Source: an uncultured Actinomycetota bacterium (GTDB lineage Bacteria; Actinomycetota; Actinomycetes; Actinomycetales; Microbacteriaceae). Taken from it: a stretch of DNA of 64,000 nucleotides. Location: NCBI GenBank assembly GCA_963696085.1, contig CAVOIQ010000004.1, positions 48,291-112,290 of the forward strand, read 5' to 3'. Below the pieces are notes generated by a model. The model worked only from the letters and a program-made list of their open reading frames with translations. It was not told where the DNA came from and did no database searches. A program made the position numbers and the translations under genes. Below, one piece after another: positions 9,415-20,067 of this stretch (the stretch's first letter is position 1; the number at the start of each line of letters is the position of its first letter).

Positions 9415-10678
9415 ATGAACGTCTCTACACGTTCTCGCGCAGGAAAGATCATCGTCGGCATCGCCGCGATGGGAATCAGCGCAGTCGTCCTGGCCGGTTG
9501 CTCAGGCAGCTCGACCTCCACGGAGTCAAGCGCCGCCGCCGCACCGGCCGCAGAGGACCTCACCCTCAAGATCGGCACGGTCCTTCCCCAGACCGGTAGC
9601 CTCGCCTTCCTCGGCCCGCCCGAAGAAGCCGGCGTTCAGCTTGCTATCAACGAGGTCAACGAGGCTGCGGCCGGCGTGACCATCGATGCAACCTTCGGCG
9701 ACTCGGGTGACGCGGACAACAAGGCCTTCGAGACGACCGTCCCGAAGCTGCAGAGCGAAGGCGTCTCCGCCATGATCGGTGCGGCCTCCTCGGGCGTCAC
9801 CAAGCTCTTCCTCGACAGCAACGTCTCCGAGGGCATCATCACGTTCTCCCCGGCGAACACCTCGCCCGACTTCACGACGTGGGAAGACGACAACCTCTAC
9901 TGGCGTACCGCCCCCAGCGACCTGCTCCAGGGCGAGGTCCTCGCCAACCAGGTTGCCGAGGATGGCCACAAGAACATCGCCGTCCTGTACCAGAACGACG
10001 CCTACGGCACCGGCCTCTTCGGCGTTGTCAAGGAGGTCTTCGAGGCCTCCGGCGGCACCGTCGTCGCAGACGCCTCGTACAACGATGGTGACTCCTCCTT
10101 CGATGCTCAGGTCGCGACCCTCACGGCGTCGAACCCTGACGCGATCGTGCTCATCACGTTCGACCAGCTGGCGACCATCGCTCCGCTGCTCGTGAACGCG
10201 GGACAGTCGGCCGAAGAACTTCTACCTCGTCGACGGAAACCTCAAGCAGTGGGGTACCGACGTCAGCGTCAGCCTCGAAGGCGCCAAGGGCACGACGCCC
10301 GGACCGGTGCTTTCGGATGACTTCCAGGAGCGCCTGAACGCGGCCTGGGTCGCCGAAGGCAACGCCGACCTCGAGGACCTCAGCTACGCAGGCGAGTCCT
10401 ACGACGCCGTCGTGCTGCTCGCGCTCGCATCGCTCGCGGCGGGTTCGACCGATTCGGCCGACATCGCGGCGAAGCTGCAGGAAGTCTCCGGCGGTTCCGG
10501 TGACGGTGAGAAGTGCACCACGTTCGCGGACTGCGCCGAGATCATCACCGGCGGCGGCACGGCCGACTACGACGGCTACTCCGGTGGCGTTGCATTCGAC
10601 GACGCTGGCGACCCGACCGAGGCCACCATCGGTGTCTTCCAGTACGACGCCGACAACAAGTTCACGCGCATCAACTAA
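9415..10678 (+). pseudogene. Branched-chain amino acid ABC substrate-binding lipoprotein with one apparent +1 frameshift
   Basis: Lipobox VLAGC. Removing one base at ~10213-10216 gives ...GQSAENFYLVDGNLKQWG... in frame with the 10307..10678 ORF. Codon usage is strongly GC3-biased. Confidence 0.85.
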
Positions 10679-10694
10679 TACCTGATCGCATCAG

Positions 10695-10724
10695 AGGGCC
10701 CCGGGTTTCGACCCGGGGCCCTTT
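10695..10724 (+). terminator. Intrinsic terminator after the SBP gene
   Basis: AGGGCCCCGGGT-TTCG-ACCCGGGGCCCT followed by T's. Confidence 0.85.
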
Positions 10725-10827
10725 GCGTTGTCGAGATGTGGTTTCGTCCGTCGCATGTGCGCAGTCGACGTCGGCAGCACCCTGCGCTGGCGACGGCGGA
10801 ACAGCAGGGCACGTGCCGGTGCCCAAC

Positions 10828-10869
10828 AAAGAGGAGGGGCGGATGCCGCAGCATCCGCCCCTCCTCTTT
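10828..10869. terminator. Terminator of the leftward liv operon
   Basis: Perfect 19-bp stem AAAGAGGAGGGGCGGATGC-CGCA-GCATCCGCCCCTCCTCTTT. Confidence 0.88.
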
Positions 10870-10902
10870 GTACGACGCCCTCAGGCGCGCTCAGTCCCTG
10901 AA

Positions 10903-11739
10903 TCAGACCCCGTCGGAGCCGAGCGTGCCCAGGTACAAGCCGATGACCTTGGGGTCGTTGAGCAGCTCGCGACCGCTGCCGTGGTACGCATCGCGGCCCT
11001 GGTCGAGGACATAGCCGCGGTCGCAGATCTGCAGGCACCGGCGCGCGTTCTGCTCGACCATGATCGTCGTCACGCCGGCCTTGTTGATGTCGGAGACGCG
11101 GATGAACGCATCGTCCTGGCGAACGGGGGAGAGCCCCGCGGACGGCTCATCGAGCAGCAGCACCGACGGGTCCATCATGAGCGCGCGCGACATCGCCACC
11201 ATCTGACGCTCGCCACCGGAGAGCGATCCGGCGCGCTGCTTCAGACGCTTGCCGAGTTCGGCGAAGATCTCCGTGACGAACTCGAGGCGCTCGGCGTAGA
11301 TCTTGGGGTTTTGGAAGAGACCCATCTGCAGGTTCTCTTCGATCGACAGCGACGGGAAGACGTTGTTCGTCTGGGGGACGAAGGCCACCCCCCGGCGGAC
11401 GAGCTTGTCGGCGTTGAGCCCGACGATGCTCTCGCCGTTGACAGTGATGTCTCCGCCACGCACCTTGACCATGCCGAAGATCGCCTTGAGCAGTGTCGAC
11501 TTTCCGGCACCGTTCGGGCCGATGATGCCGATCAACTCACCCTGGCGGGCAATGAGGTTGGTGTTGTTGAGGATGTCGACACCGGGAAGATAACCCGCGA
11601 CGAGGTTGGTGACCTCGACGACGACCGCATCGGTCTTGGCGACCGACCGCTCGCCCGCGTGGCTCATGTCCATCGCCGGAGCAGAGGCGGCAGCCGCGCC
11701 GCCACCCGCAGCATCCGGGACCGTGGAAGGATCGCTCAC
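10903..11739 (-). CDS. livF: ABC ATP-binding protein, LivF-like
   Basis: GPNGAGKST, LSGGERQMVAM, LLLDEPSAGL. Confidence 0.92.
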   Translation of the reverse strand: MSDPSTVPDAAGGGAAAASAPAMDMSHAGERSVAKTDAVVVEVTNLVAGYLPGVDILNNTNLIARQGELIGIIGPNGAGKSTLLKAIFGMVKVRGGDITVNGESIVGLNADKLVRRGVAFVPQTNNVFPSLSIEENLQMGLFQNPKIYAERLEFVTEIFAELGKRLKQRAGSLSGGERQMVAMSRALMMDPSVLLLDEPSAGLSPVRQDDAFIRVSDINKAGVTTIMVEQNARRCLQICDRGYVLDQGRDAYHGSGRELLNDPKVIGLYLGTLGSDGV

Positions 11740-12761
11740 TTCTTCTCCTCGCCGTCGGCCTCGTGGATCGATTCCTCTTCGGCCTCGTGAATCTCTTGAA
11801 GCAGTTCTTCAGCCTCTTCGGTCAACGTGCCGTCGTGGCGTCCGGTGATCACGCCGAGGTCGACATCCTGGTGACTGCCGAGGTAGGCGTCGATGACGGC
11901 CTTCTCGTGCATAACGTCCTCGGGGGGGCCTTCGGCAACGACACGGCCCTCCGCCATCACGACGACCCAGTCGGCGATGTGCCGAACCATGTGCATGTCG
12001 TGCTCGACGAAGAGCACCGTCATGCCGAGCTCTTTGAGATCGAGGATGTGGTCGAGCAACGACTCGGTCAGGGCCGGGTTGACACCGGCCATCGGCTCAT
12101 CCAGCATGACCAGCGCAGGGTCGCTCATGAGCGCGCGGGCCATTTCGAGGAGCTTGCGCTGTCCTCCCGACAGCGAGGCAGCGAAGTCCGCTTCCTTGGC
12201 ATCGAGCTTGAAACGCTTGAGCAGATCGCGCGCCTTGTCTTCGATCGAGGTGTCCTGCGCTCGCCAGAACGCGGGAATGAAGCTGGTCCAGAAGCGCTCG
12301 CCACGCTGGCCGGTCGCACCGAGCTTCATGTTCTCGAGAACGGTGAGCAGCGAGAGCGCCTTGGTCAGCTGGAACGTGCGCACCTGTCCCATCCGGGCGA
12401 CCTTGTAGGCGGGGATGCCGGAGAGCGTGTTGCCGTCGTACGACCACGTTCCGGAGTTGGGCTTGTCGAAACCGCAGAGGAGGTTGAACAGTGTCGTCTT
12501 GCCCGCACCGTTGGGGCCGATGAGGGCCGTGATCACTCCGCGAGGGATCTCGAGGTGATCGACGTCGACGGCGGTGAGGCCGCCGAAACGCCTGGTGACG
12601 TTGTCGACGATCATGATCGGGTCGACTTTCGACACCCCGGGGACGGCGTCACCGACGGCCAGGCCGGTCGTTTTCGGGCGACGTACGCTGCCCGTGGTGG
12701 GTGGCGCGGTGGGAGCCGGTGCGCCGCCGATCGGTTCGCTAGTGGGCTCGCTATTTGACAA
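11736..12761 (-). CDS. livG: ABC ATP-binding protein, LivG-like
   Basis: GPNGAGKTTLFN, VRTFQ, LSGGQRKLLE, VEHDM. Confidence 0.92.
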   Translation of the reverse strand: MSNSEPTSEPIGGAPAPTAPPTTGSVRRPKTTGLAVGDAVPGVSKVDPIMIVDNVTRRFGGLTAVDVDHLEIPRGVITALIGPNGAGKTTLFNLLCGFDKPNSGTWSYDGNTLSGIPAYKVARMGQVRTFQLTKALSLLTVLENMKLGATGQRGERFWTSFIPAFWRAQDTSIEDKARDLLKRFKLDAKEADFAASLSGGQRKLLEMARALMSDPALVMLDEPMAGVNPALTESLLDHILDLKELGMTVLFVEHDMHMVRHIADWVVVMAEGRVVAEGPPEDVMHEKAVIDAYLGSHQDVDLGVITGRHDGTLTEEAEELLQEIHEAEEESIHEADGEEKK

Positions 12762-13728
12762 AGGTCATCTCCCTCTTGTCGCCGAGGATGCCCTGCGGCC
12801 TGAAGATCACGAGCAGCATGAGTGCGACACCGACGAGGATGTAGCGCAACGTTCCCGCCTGAATCGACGTCATCGGCAGGATGCCCGCCGACGCGAGTTG
12901 GGGAAGAAGGTTGCCGAGCAGTGCCAGCACCACCCAGAAGATCACGGCGCCGAGGGTCGGACCCAAGACCGTCGCCGCACCGCCGAGGAGGAGGATCGTC
13001 CACAGGAAGAACGTGAGCGACGTGGTGTAGCTCGAGGGGACCACCGCCGACGGGAGCACGTAGACGATGCCACCCATCGCTCCGATGACGCCACCGACGA
13101 CGAGCGCCTGCATCTTGTACGCGAAGACGTTCTTGCCGAGCGAGCGCACGGCATCCTCGTCTTCACGGATGCCCTTGAGGACGCGTCCCCAGGGGCTGCG
13201 CATGAGCGACCAGACGAGCAGGATGGCGATCGCGAGCATCGCGAGGCCGAACACGCGAGTCCAGAGCACTGTTTCATTCGATTCCCACGGCCCGAAACCG
13301 TACTGACCGGGTGGGAAGGGGTTGGCCGCGCGGAAGCTCGCGTGGTAACCGCCGAGCCCGTCAGCCGAGTTGGTCACGTCGTCGAAGACCTGCGTCGTGA
13401 ACAGGAGCCTGACGATCTCCGCCGCCGCGATCGTGACGATGGCGAGGTAGTCCGCCCGCAGTCGGAGGGTCGGGATGCCGAGAATCAGCGCGAACACCGC
13501 CGCAGCAAGCAGCCCGAGAAGCATCGCGATCCACCACGGGATGCCGAGTGTCAGAACCCCGATCGCGTAGCCGTAGCCACCGAGTGCCATGAAGCCGGCC
13601 ATACCGAAGTTGAGCAGTCCGGTGTATCCGAAGTGCACCGCGAGGCCTGTCGCCGCGAGCGCGTAGGCGATCGTGACGGGGCTCAGGATATAACCGAGCG
13701 TGTTTCCAAGAATTGATCCCCAATCCAT
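12751..13728 (-). CDS. livM: ABC permease, LivM-like
   Basis: GYTGLLNFG, LRLRADYLAIVT, SPWGRVLKGIREDEDA, RPQGILG. Confidence 0.92.
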   Translation of the reverse strand: MDWGSILGNTLGYILSPVTIAYALAATGLAVHFGYTGLLNFGMAGFMALGGYGYAIGVLTLGIPWWIAMLLGLLAAAVFALILGIPTLRLRADYLAIVTIAAAEIVRLLFTTQVFDDVTNSADGLGGYHASFRAANPFPPGQYGFGPWESNETVLWTRVFGLAMLAIAILLVWSLMRSPWGRVLKGIREDEDAVRSLGKNVFAYKMQALVVGGVIGAMGGIVYVLPSAVVPSSYTTSLTFFLWTILLLGGAATVLGPTLGAVIFWVVLALLGNLLPQLASAGILPMTSIQAGTLRYILVGVALMLLVIFRPQGILGDKREMTFVK

Positions 13729-13733
13729 GGCCG

Positions 13734-15044
13734 CTACCCCAATCTTTCTTTACGACCGAGCAAGCCTTGAGGTCTCACGAGCAGAATCAGAATCAGAATC
13801 AGCAAGGCGGCCGCGTACTTGAGGTCGGACGGGATCCACAGCGTCGAGGTTTCAACGACGATGCCGACGATGAGCGAACCGAGCAAGGCGCCGAAGGCGG
13901 TGCCGAGACCGCCGAGCGTGATCGCGGCGAAGATGAGCAGCAGCATCTGCGTGCCCATGTCCCACTTGACGCCCGGCCGGAAGTAGGCCCAGAGGATACC
14001 GGAGAGACCGGCAAGCGCACCGGCGAGGATCCATACGATCCGCACGACGCGGTCGACGTTGATACCCGAGGCCGCGGCCAATTGCGGATTGTCCGAGATC
14101 GCGCGGGTGGCCTTGCCGATTCTGGTGCGCAAGAGGAAGTATGCGACGAACAGGATGACGACAATGCTGACGCCCATGCTGATGAGGTCGATATACGACA
14201 GCGAGATCGGTCCGAATTGGTACGGAGCAGGACTCGCGCCCGGCAGCTGGTAGGTCTTGCCGCCGATGAAGTACTGGAAGGTGTAGCGCAGCGCGAGGGA
14301 GAGGCCGATGCTGACGATCATCAGCTGCACGACCCCCAACCCTCTTCGTCGTAGAGGTCCCCACAGACCGCTATCCAGCGCGAGACCGAGGACCCCGCCC
14401 ATGGCTACCGCCAGGATCATGCCGAGCCAGAACGGGAGCGACCAGAACGACGTGAACACCAGGGCCGACACCGCACCCCAGGTGACCATCTCGCCGTGGG
14501 CGAAGTTCGACAAGCCGGTGGTTCCGTAGATGAGCGACGCGCCCATGGCCGCAAGTGCGAGGAGGAGTCCGAAGTTCAGTCCGTTGACCAGGCGCAGAAG
14601 GAGCTGATCGAAGAAGGACTGCGTCACGCGCTCGCCCGTTCCGAGGAAGAGGTTCACGATCTTCGTGTTGGTGAGCCCGAATTCGACCTCTTGAGAGGCG
14701 GAGGCGCCCTCCACGATCACTCCTTCGGGGAGCGTCGACTCATCGACGGTGAGCGTGTACGTGCCCTTCTCAGGGACGTACAGTCGCCACTTGCCTTCGG
14801 CATCCGTTGCGGTGGTGGCGGAGAAGCCGCCGCCCTCGATCTTCATCTCAACGCCTTCGAGCGGGACGTCGTCCTTCTCGATCACACCGGCAAAGTAGAA
14901 GTCGGTCTTCTCTTGATCGTCACCGGCCGCGGCAGACGCCGACCCGGGGGAGGCCATGAAGACCATGGCGGCTGCCAAGAGCGCACACATCAACGCCATC
15001 AGCCATGGCGAAATTCTTCGCGCGGGGGCAATCGTGGAACCCAC
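13734..15044 (-). CDS. livH: ABC permease, LivH-like, with N-terminal extracytoplasmic beta domain
   Basis: GTTGLSNFAHGE, TRIGKATRAISDN, RPQGLLG; N-terminal signal peptide plus ~100-aa beta-rich domain. Confidence 0.9.
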   Translation of the reverse strand: MGSTIAPARRISPWLMALMCALLAAAMVFMASPGSASAAAGDDQEKTDFYFAGVIEKDDVPLEGVEMKIEGGGFSATTATDAEGKWRLYVPEKGTYTLTVDESTLPEGVIVEGASASQEVEFGLTNTKIVNLFLGTGERVTQSFFDQLLLRLVNGLNFGLLLALAAMGASLIYGTTGLSNFAHGEMVTWGAVSALVFTSFWSLPFWLGMILAVAMGGVLGLALDSGLWGPLRRRGLGVVQLMIVSIGLSLALRYTFQYFIGGKTYQLPGASPAPYQFGPISLSYIDLISMGVSIVVILFVAYFLLRTRIGKATRAISDNPQLAAASGINVDRVVRIVWILAGALAGLSGILWAYFRPGVKWDMGTQMLLLIFAAITLGGLGTAFGALLGSLIVGIVVETSTLWIPSDLKYAAALLILILILLVRPQGLLGRKERLG

Positions 15045-15118
15045 AGGACCTCCAGTCCGTCACCGCTGACCGACATAGTCGGTGTCATCGGCCTCGATGC
15101 ACGACGGTACGAGCGTAA

Positions 15119-16834
<1,716 letters not shown>

Positions 16835-16890
16835 CCCCGCCTGCCGCTGTCGCCGAACCACCGCTCTCGCGGGGAATTCGCCGCGCCCGG

Positions 16891-18015
16891 TCAGGCGGGC
16901 AGGCGGAACGGGGCGGCCGCCCGGGCGGTGTCGTCGGTCGCGAGCCCGGCAAGCACCGCGCCCACCGCGGGAGTGAACTTGAAGCCGTGCCCGGAGAATC
17001 CGGCACCGACGACGATGCGGCCGCGGCGATCGAGCACGAAATCCTCGGTGGCTGTCGAGGTGTAGGTGCAGCTGATCGGCACAGCACTGTCGGCGTCGAG
17101 CCCCGGCATCCACTCTCCGACGTAGTCGCGCAGCAGGGCGGCGAGCTCCGGCACCGGACGGAAGGTGCGGGCGTCGGGGTTGACGACGGGTCCGACGAGA
17201 TGGAATCCCACCTTCACACCCTCGCCCGGAGTGGGCATCCCGTAGACGTTGCCGGGGAAGCGGTCACGCGGCAGCAGGTGGTTGAACGATGGCCACGCAG
17301 GCGTCCGATCGCCCGAGGTCGTGTCGAGCGGCGCGAAATGGGCCGGGCTCTCTTCCGTGACGGTCAGCGGAGGGAGTGCGAAGGAGGCGGGAAGGATGCC
17401 GCGCGTCCAGGCTCCGGCGGTGACGACCACCACGTCGGCGACGAAGTCCTGGCGTTCGCCGTGCCGCTCGACGGTGACGACCACGTCGTCGGCCCGCTCC
17501 TGGATGTCCACCACGCCCGCGCCGTAGTGCACCTCGGCGCCGAAGCCTCGTGCCCCGCGTTCGAGCGCTTCGAGCGCGGCCGCCGCGCGCACCACACCCG
17601 CGTCCGGGGTGAACAGGGCATCGCCGTCGAACCGCATGCCCCGCCACCGGCGCGCTGCTTCGTTCGACGACAGCACCTCGGCGCGCGCGCCGCGGGCGGT
17701 GAGCGCCGCGTGGACGCGGGCGATGGCGTCGTCATCGCCGTGCGTCACGAGCCCGTGCAGGCGCAGCAGCGGCTCGCCCGTCGTGCGTGACAGCTCGTCC
17801 CACTCGGCACGGGCGAGATCAAGCAGGTCCAGGTAGTGATCGGCGGAGTAGGCATTGTTGAAGTTGCGCGTCGCACCGTGCGATGCGCCACGCGTGTGGC
17901 CGCGCTCGAAGCGCTCGAATGCGACCACTCTGTGGCCGCGCCGCGCCAGCTGCCAGGTTGTGGCCAGTCCCATCGCGCCGGCGCCCACGACGATGTGCGA
18001 AACGCGCTCTGTCAT
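16891..18015 (-). CDS. Monomeric sarcosine oxidase / N-methyltryptophan oxidase (SolA)-family flavoprotein
   Basis: VGAGAMG, GASHGATR, SCTYT (position of the flavinylated Cys), GFSGHGFKF. Confidence 0.85.
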   Translation of the reverse strand: MTERVSHIVVGAGAMGLATTWQLARRGHRVVAFERFERGHTRGASHGATRNFNNAYSADHYLDLLDLARAEWDELSRTTGEPLLRLHGLVTHGDDDAIARVHAALTARGARAEVLSSNEAARRWRGMRFDGDALFTPDAGVVRAAAALEALERGARGFGAEVHYGAGVVDIQERADDVVVTVERHGERQDFVADVVVVTAGAWTRGILPASFALPPLTVTEESPAHFAPLDTTSGDRTPAWPSFNHLLPRDRFPGNVYGMPTPGEGVKVGFHLVGPVVNPDARTFRPVPELAALLRDYVGEWMPGLDADSAVPISCTYTSTATEDFVLDRRGRIVVGAGFSGHGFKFTPAVGAVLAGLATDDTARAAAPFRLPA

Positions 18016-19886
18016 ATTCTCGTTCCAATGGTGGGGATCGGTTCGGCGCGCGTGGACAGCGCGGCGCGCAGCGCTGCGCGGGCAGCGGCGTCGATCTCTC
18101 GCAGCACGGTCGAGTTCGTGTGGGGGACCGGCGCGATGATCGTGAAAACCCGGATGTCCTCATGTGGGACACCAACGGAGAACAGATCGGCTGCCGCCGT
18201 GCCGTCGCTCCCGACCACGGCGCCGTCTTCGGCGCGCACGTCCAGCGCATCCGACGCGGTTCCGTCGGGGAAGCGCCAGACGCGACCGATGCCGTCTTCG
18301 AGAAGTCGGCGAAGCAAGGGATCGGCGGTGCGCTTCACGGTGGGGGCGGGCAGCCACGCCTCGACGATCCGTTCGGCAGTGACGGTCTCGCCTGCCCGTG
18401 TCGCGACGGTGACACCGTCATCTCGCACCTCGACGGCGATCTGACCGCCCGCGAACCGGACGACACCCGCCTCGTGCGCGGCGAGGAGCTGGCGGGCGCG
18501 ACGCAGCGGCGGACCGCTGCCGAAGGACGCGGCCGTCGCCAGAAACGCGCGATAGGCAGGGAAGGACTCGGTCGTGAGACCACCGAAGCCGACGAGATCG
18601 ATCACCGCGGATCGAGCGGCCGCATACGAGTGCAGAGCGAGTTTGAGCGGACTTTCCATACCCCGTGCAGCCTCGTCGGCGTCCCGCCGCACGGCGGACG
18701 CGACATCCGCATCGGTCATGGATTCGCGCGAATGGAAGGGGTCCGCGGCGTCGACCAGCGACAGTCGGTCTGCGGGATCCGCGATGTGTATCGCGACCAG
18801 CGCCGCCACGGACTCGTCCGTCGTTCGAAGGGCATCGAGGAGTGCAGGTGCATCGCGCACCGCACCGGGTCGCACGCGCACGAGCGCCCGGTAGTAGTCG
18901 AACGCGGCGTCGCGCTCGATCAGCGGGAGCACGTCGCGGGCGAAGTCCACCGGGCGCCGCGATCGCAGCCGAGGCAGGGCCGCGCGCAGGATGCGCTGCT
19001 CGGGGAAGAACGGCGGTGCGCCGAAGTCGGGCTTCGCCCGGTAGGGGAGGCCGCGACGGGAGCCCGCGACCAGGAAGGGTTCCTCCCCGGACGGCTCGTA
19101 ACGGCACGAACCGTCGGCGAGATCGATGAAGCGGCCGCCGCGCTGCTCCGTCAGTTGGCTGAGCGTATCGAAGAACCCCATCCCCAGGCCGCGCACCGCG
19201 ACGATCTCGCCCGCCCGGATCGGCGACAGGTCCTGGTCGATCGGATTGCCGGCAGCGATGACCCGCGCATGCGGCGCGGGAGCCGCCGGGTCGAGCCAGC
19301 CGACCGCGAGCAGCACCGCATCCGTCGTCAGAGCGTTGCCATCGTCGAGCTCGACGCTCCAGCCGGCAGCGGCGCGCTCCAGCGCGATCGCGCGCGCACG
19401 ATGGACCCGCACCTCGACATGCGGCGGCGCCGACCGCACGATGTCTTCGAAGCACCACCTGAGGTAGTGGCCGTAGAGCAGTCGCGAGGGATTCGAGTGG
19501 TCCCGCGTCGCGACCGCTTCGGCGATCACCTCGGTCGGGGCGTCAGCACCGGCGACGGCCGGATCCGCGGCGACGAGGCGACACCACTGCGCCAGCGAGG
19601 GACCGGGGCGGATCGGACCTTCGCATTCGACGGTTCCGTCGGTGAACAGCGTCGACTGCGCCGCGACCGTGTTCATGATCAGAAAGGACGACTGCGCGGC
19701 CCGCCAGATGCGGCCGGACCCCGGCGGGTACGGATCGATGACATGCACGATGAGCTGCTGACGAGCATCGTCGCTGGCGCTGGCAAGGATGCGTTCGAGC
19801 GCCGAAGTACCTCGCACGCTGGCCCCGATGATCGTGACGGATGCCGGGGAGGCGCGGTCGTCACCTGTCAGCCGATCCGCTCGCAC
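18012..19886 (-). CDS. FAD/NAD(P)-binding oxidoreductase, CreE/FzmM-like (NAD_binding_9 family)
   Basis: IIGASVRGTSALERI, VIDPYPPGSGRIWR..QS..LIMNTVAAQ, GLGMGFFD, GSRRGLPY. GTG 19886 is chosen because CAGGAT sits 6 nt upstream; 624 aa. Confidence 0.82.
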   Translation of the reverse strand: MRADRLTGDDRASPASVTIIGASVRGTSALERILASASDDARQQLIVHVIDPYPPGSGRIWRAAQSSFLIMNTVAAQSTLFTDGTVECEGPIRPGPSLAQWCRLVAADPAVAGADAPTEVIAEAVATRDHSNPSRLLYGHYLRWCFEDIVRSAPPHVEVRVHRARAIALERAAAGWSVELDDGNALTTDAVLLAVGWLDPAAPAPHARVIAAGNPIDQDLSPIRAGEIVAVRGLGMGFFDTLSQLTEQRGGRFIDLADGSCRYEPSGEEPFLVAGSRRGLPYRAKPDFGAPPFFPEQRILRAALPRLRSRRPVDFARDVLPLIERDAAFDYYRALVRVRPGAVRDAPALLDALRTTDESVAALVAIHIADPADRLSLVDAADPFHSRESMTDADVASAVRRDADEAARGMESPLKLALHSYAAARSAVIDLVGFGGLTTESFPAYRAFLATAASFGSGPPLRRARQLLAAHEAGVVRFAGGQIAVEVRDDGVTVATRAGETVTAERIVEAWLPAPTVKRTADPLLRRLLEDGIGRVWRFPDGTASDALDVRAEDGAVVGSDGTAAADLFSVGVPHEDIRVFTIIAPVPHTNSTVLREIDAAARAALRAALSTRAEPIPTIGTRI

Positions 19887-19974
19887 CGGTCCATCCTGGC
19901 AGGGCGTCCCAGCCCTCTCGGCCCGTCCGGGCCGTTTGTGTCGGCGTGTGTCGGGGCGACTTCGTCGATCGAGT

Positions 19975-19990
19975 GAAACGTTTCTACGTT
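19975..19990. promoter_or_regulatory. Palindrome GAAACGTTTC abutting a -10-like TACGTT; LacI-type operator candidate
   Basis: Perfect 10-bp palindrome at 19975-19984 inside the divergent intergenic region; TACGTT at 19985-19990. Confidence 0.45.
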
Positions 19991-20067
19991 GGGGACTACG
20001 CCGCAGCGGTGAATCGCATCGCCGCGGCGTCTCACAGCCTCGCCATCCAATCCAGGAGCACACCGTC

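Noticed and set aside
10205-10225. Programmed ribosomal frameshifting as the cause of the broken genes (also ~705, ~1046, ~36352)
   Set aside because: There are no slippery heptamers or long homopolymer/SSR tracts, and these gene families are not known to use recoding. Error or recent mutation is simpler.
18012-19886. Diazo/N-N natural-product biosynthetic gene cluster
   Set aside because: There is no creD lyase, ligase, PKS/NRPS or dedicated exporter in the operons; the transporter is an importer type.
19990-20067. SAM-IV or other known riboswitch ahead of the island SBP
   Set aside because: I could not match the conserved core of any riboswitch I know; only a simple hairpin is supportable.
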